The notes under the pieces were generated by a model that searched no databases, was not told where the DNA came from, and saw nothing but the letters and a program-made list of their open reading frames with translations. From contig CAYQMZ010000004.1 in the NCBI GenBank assembly GCA_964418725.1, positions 1 to 33,631 of the forward strand: a stretch of DNA of 33,631 nt, read 5' to 3'. This document shows positions 20,801 to 22,597 of this stretch, piece by piece. Source of the stretch: an uncultured Pirellulaceae bacterium. GTDB taxonomy: Bacteria; Planctomycetota; Planctomycetia; Pirellulales; Pirellulaceae. Position numbers and translations under genes: made by a program. Each line of letters opens with the position of its first letter. Position 1 is the first letter of the stretch.

Positions 20801-22247
20801 CTTCTTCGTCGCCATCTGGAAAGCTAAGACTCAGCCGCAACTGCCCTAGGTCGCCGGTACTATTGCTATCGGGGAAAGTGACGACCACGTCGTCGGCGAC
20901 TGTGATAGGCGGATCGTTCTCAGTGTACGTTCCTGCCGTGTAGCCAATCGATTCCATCACCGCCTGAATTTCAAACGTTGGCGACTCAAAGGCAGTGCCG
21001 TCGTTTTCGCCCTCAAATAGAAAATCCAAGGTTCCGTACGGATTGTTCAATTCCAGCCACCACGTTGCGTCGCCCGCCGCGATCGCATCGTCAAAGGTCA
21101 AAGCGTCGGTCGTTAGCACCGAGTCGCCGTCACCGTCACTGGAAATCTGATTGTCCGGATCATGCAGCGTCATTTCGCCTTCAAAAAAAACGGTCAGCTT
21201 GCCGGCTTTCATGGCAACATTTTGAGACGGCCGAAATAGCCATTGCGTGATATTGGTATTCGCTGCCGGGTTGATATCCACGCCGACACGAACACCTTCA
21301 CTCGCTTCAGGCGACACGCCGTCATCCTGCAACGCGATTTCGATCGTGTCATCTGTTGGCACGACAACATCAACAACAATTTCGTCGCTGGCTCCCACCT
21401 GAACGCCACGAGCGACCGTAAAGCTTGCTGCGACCGATTCGCCGTCGCCCAGCGTACCCGCTACTATTTCACCCGTGTTGCTCTGGCTGGTGATTCCCGC
21501 TTGGCTGAACGTTCCAGGATTCACACCGCTGTTATCAGCATCGATGTTGACGGCGGGTGGAAGGTTGAGAGTTCCTGCATAGCTCGCGGACGACAGAGCT
21601 ACTGTTTCGACATTGCCTACGTTGACTTCGAGGTCCCAGTCCCCGCCCTGATTCGTCGCCCCAGTCAAGTCATCAGACGCCGCGACATCCGTCCCCGACA
21701 ACGCGCCAAACAAACTTAGGAGATCTCTTCCGTCTTGGCTTGCGCCCAACTCGCAACCGTAAAACAGTATGTCTGCATCCGAGGTCAGACTTTGATCCCA
21801 CGATGCGATCTCTCCGGCGTAACCCTTCAGGTTGTGGATCGATAGTGAAGTACTACCCAATGCCACTTCTCCTTCGGAGCCGTGAGAAAGAATGTGAATT
21901 GCTTGGTAGCGACTTCGAGATTGCTGCAGTATCTCCGTCACCTGCAAGACGCCGTCCTCTGAGTTCGAAACCAAGCGAATCTCGTACGCGACATCACTTT
22001 TTGCCGTGACCTCCGCAATTAGCAGATGGGCATCCTCAACATCCTGGTCGACCAGAATCAACTGCGTTGGCATGTCTTGTTGAGTTGCGTCGGCGACTCC
22101 AACATCAAGAGACGGCAACTCGCTCGACGCAGCGTCAAATCCTTCCGGAAGCAACAGCGCGGAACCTGGGACTGCATCGAACAGAATACGATCCTCTAGT
22201 TGTTCCATGATGGGCGAAATTCGAGCAGAGAGACTCGGCTTATTCAT
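1..22247 (-). CDS. Giant (>=7,415 aa in window, C-terminus beyond left edge) Ca2+-binding multidomain adhesin-like surface protein: DUF4347-like N-terminus, cadherin-like modules, RTX block, TSP3-like arrays alternating with lectin-type domains, Calx-beta-like repeats
   Basis: The minus-strand phase whose plus-strand triplets start at positions divisible by 3 is open from ATG 22247-22245 to the left edge. The in-frame upstream stop TGA is at 22349-22347. Alternative starts are ATG 22208, TTG 22262 and GTG 22316. I hand-translated 3-400, 2340-2830, 4380-4620, 6480-6600, 12120-12640, 18495-18527 and 21180-22247 and found no stops and recognisable domains, all in the same phase. Every minus-strand ORF listed in 1-22247 sits in a different phase, and an ORF with no stop in the window would be missing from a start-to-stop ORF track. 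I did not check every codon. Confidence 0.9.
   Translation of the reverse strand, partial: [7415 protein letters not shown]
2830..3800 (-). repeat. Two more Ig/cadherin-like IDLN-type adhesin modules
   Basis: First module: [29 protein letters not shown]...[33 protein letters not shown]. Second module: [32 protein letters not shown]...[28 protein letters not shown]. Confidence 0.6.
3800..4375 (-). repeat. TSP3-like Asp-rich Ca2+-binding array, contains 26-aa motif copy 4242-4319
   Basis: Translation is [58 protein letters not shown]...[20 protein letters not shown]...[13 protein letters not shown]...NDENL...DTDDD. Confidence 0.85.
4383..4875 (-). other. PA14-like domain in giant protein
   Basis: Translation is [21 protein letters not shown]...[85 protein letters not shown]. 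Positions 4380-4620 were checked codon by codon. The G.w...yy opening, the DDa.rl.inG core and the aG....i....Q.gG.....l end match PA14. Confidence 0.6.
4910..5725 (-). repeat. TSP3-like Asp-rich Ca2+-binding array (divergent, lacks the 26-aa motif)
   Basis: Translation is [25 protein letters not shown]...[12 protein letters not shown]...[13 protein letters not shown]...[26 protein letters not shown]...[17 protein letters not shown]...[19 protein letters not shown]...[25 protein letters not shown]. Confidence 0.8.
6530..6900 (-). other. Beta-sandwich domain ending in [23 protein letters not shown]
   Basis: Translation is [51 protein letters not shown]...[22 protein letters not shown]......WDFRKF......[28 protein letters not shown]. 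Positions 6480-6600 were checked codon by codon. The DGG.GD.DG..NG.I.DP ending recalls surface-protein choice-of-anchor type domains, but I cannot assign a family firmly. Confidence 0.35.
7030..8040 (-). repeat. About three ~165-aa Ig/cadherin-like adhesin modules of the IDLN...Y.N...P...R..F type
   Basis: The modules open with [31 protein letters not shown] and [31 protein letters not shown]. They end with [29 protein letters not shown] and [29 protein letters not shown]. The same module type recurs at 2830-3800 and ~20560-21000. Confidence 0.6.
8040..8615 (-). repeat. TSP3-like Asp-rich Ca2+-binding array, contains 26-aa motif copy 8484-8561
   Basis: Translation is [59 protein letters not shown]...[20 protein letters not shown]...[13 protein letters not shown]...NDENL...LDADTDADG. 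Confidence 0.85.
9150..9850 (-). repeat. TSP3-like Asp-rich Ca2+-binding array, contains 26-aa motif copy 9735-9812
   Basis: Translation is [41 protein letters not shown]...[20 protein letters not shown]...[14 protein letters not shown]...[13 protein letters not shown]...[23 protein letters not shown]...[31 protein letters not shown]. Confidence 0.85.
10315..10985 (-). repeat. TSP3-like Asp-rich Ca2+-binding array, contains 26-aa motif copy 10863-10940
   Basis: Translation is [40 protein letters not shown]...[28 protein letters not shown]...[14 protein letters not shown]...[13 protein letters not shown]...[23 protein letters not shown]...[32 protein letters not shown]. Its DNA is paralogous to 9150-9850. 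Confidence 0.85.
11500..12140 (-). repeat. TSP3-like Asp-rich Ca2+-binding array, contains 26-aa motif copy 12012-12089
   Basis: Translation is [61 protein letters not shown]...VDTDS...[20 protein letters not shown]...[13 protein letters not shown]...NDENR...DSDGDL...[35 protein letters not shown]. Confidence 0.85.
12150..12570 (-). other. Discoidin / F5-F8 type C (CBM32-like) domain in giant protein
   Basis: Codon-by-codon translation of 12120-12640 gives ...[109 protein letters not shown]. The motifs TQGR....W(V)TSYKL....DG..W and F..N.DRNT.V.N......RY(L)RI.P..W...IS(L/M)R.E(F) are the discoidin signature. Confidence 0.75.
12590..12995 (-). repeat. TSP3-like Asp-rich Ca2+-binding array
   Basis: Translation is [35 protein letters not shown]...[41 protein letters not shown]...[36 protein letters not shown]. 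Confidence 0.8.
13010..13410 (-). other. CBM-like (CBM4/9- or DUF642-style) jelly-roll domain in giant protein
   Basis: Translation is [76 protein letters not shown]...[37 protein letters not shown]. The NGxFexgxxGW opening and a terminal strand ending in an Asp-containing xDxVxv are typical of such binding modules. The assignment is tentative. Confidence 0.4.
13430..13610 (-). repeat. Thrombospondin-type-3-like Asp-rich Ca2+-binding array (short), contains conserved 26-aa motif copy 13491-13568
   Basis: Translation is [61 protein letters not shown], made of DxDxDGxxDxxD units. Confidence 0.8.
13615..14010 (-). other. Unassigned beta-sandwich/jelly-roll-like domain in giant protein
   Basis: Translation is [53 protein letters not shown]...[45 protein letters not shown]. 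It is flanked on both sides by Asp-rich Ca-binding linkers. I recognised no family. Confidence 0.35.
14640..19870 (-). repeat. RTX (hemolysin-type Ca2+-binding) nonapeptide repeat block, dozens of GGxGxDxL/I units
   Basis: Example: 18495-18527 reverse-translates to [11 protein letters not shown]. Runs include [42 protein letters not shown] and [51 protein letters not shown]. Three ~50-aa spacer modules of the form DxAVF.G.FADY.I....G...V.D...GRDGTD....VE...FADQTV lie near 17470-17640, 14930-15090 and 14640-14790. Confidence 0.85.
19915..20500 (-). other. Two cadherin-like / bacterial cadherin-type Ig modules
   Basis: First module: [90 protein letters not shown]. Second module: [37 protein letters not shown]...[26 protein letters not shown]. 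This is the NDxPVAxDD...ND.D.D.D.L...YT.sD pattern typical of bacterial cadherin-like domains. Confidence 0.6.
21624..22208 (-). other. DUF4347-like N-terminal domain of the giant protein
   Basis: Translation is [12 protein letters not shown]...[18 protein letters not shown]...[22 protein letters not shown]...[15 protein letters not shown]...[23 protein letters not shown]. The LExRILFDA start, the HI(L)SHGxxGxxxLG motif and the terminal GGDWxLE match my memory of the DUF4347 family that heads giant RTX/cadherin proteins. Confidence 0.75.
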
Positions 22248-22597
22248 TTTTTCACGTCCCAAGGCGAGAGTTGTAGTAGGGCTTTTGGGTGGGGAATTCA
22301 GTCCAGCAGCGCGCACGGTGCTGGTAGAGTCGGCGCCTTGTAATAATCAGCTAAATATGCGCTGTTGTTTGAGTCAGGTAAGAAGTTCGAATCTGGAATC
22401 CCCTTTGAAAAGACGCCTATTTCTGTTTGAGTCGCCCCGAACCTACAGCTCAAGTACGATCGCATTTGCGGAGGCTTGTCCACTTCTCACCGAAGATATG
22501 CATCAATTTCCGTGCGAATCGAAATTCATGCTGTGTCTTCTAACTTGCTTTTCTTTCGATCAATGCGCGATAGACTGAGCAACTCGGTGCTAGTGCA
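22248..22597. promoter_or_regulatory. 350-bp divergent intergenic region between the giant gene and the PEP-CTERM-type gene; presumed divergent promoters
   Basis: There is no convincing coding potential here; ORF 22207-22578(+) translates to a low-quality peptide. GC is lower than in the flanks, and a 10-bp direct repeat TGTTTGAGTC occurs at 22366-22375 and 22424-22433. I could not call a specific promoter motif. Confidence 0.4.

Noticed and set aside
34-22009. About 100 ORFs of 60-253 aa on both strands within the giant gene, e.g. 19464-20225(+) 253 aa, 5868-6359(+) 163 aa, 21243-21719(+) 158 aa and 11263-11727(+) 154 aa
   Set aside because: All overlap the continuous minus-strand phase that yields recognisable domains. 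Their translations are low-complexity S/P/R/V/T-rich strings with no motifs. All the minus-strand ones fall in a single alternate phase. They are frame shadows created by the Asp/Gly/Asn codon bias.
22366-22433. 10-bp direct repeat TGTTTGAGTC at 22366-22375 and 22424-22433 in the divergent promoter region
   Set aside because: A rough estimate gives a several-percent chance of a 10-mer recurring by chance in 350 bp. There is no third copy or inverted partner. I noted it under the intergenic feature but did not promote it to a finding.
22207-22578. 123-aa plus-strand ORF spanning the start of the giant gene and the divergent intergenic region
   Set aside because: It overlaps the 5' end of the giant CDS in antisense, has no recognisable motif, has odd composition (Cys/Leu/Ser/Phe-rich), and fills what is more plausibly a promoter region. 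I cannot exclude a small protein.
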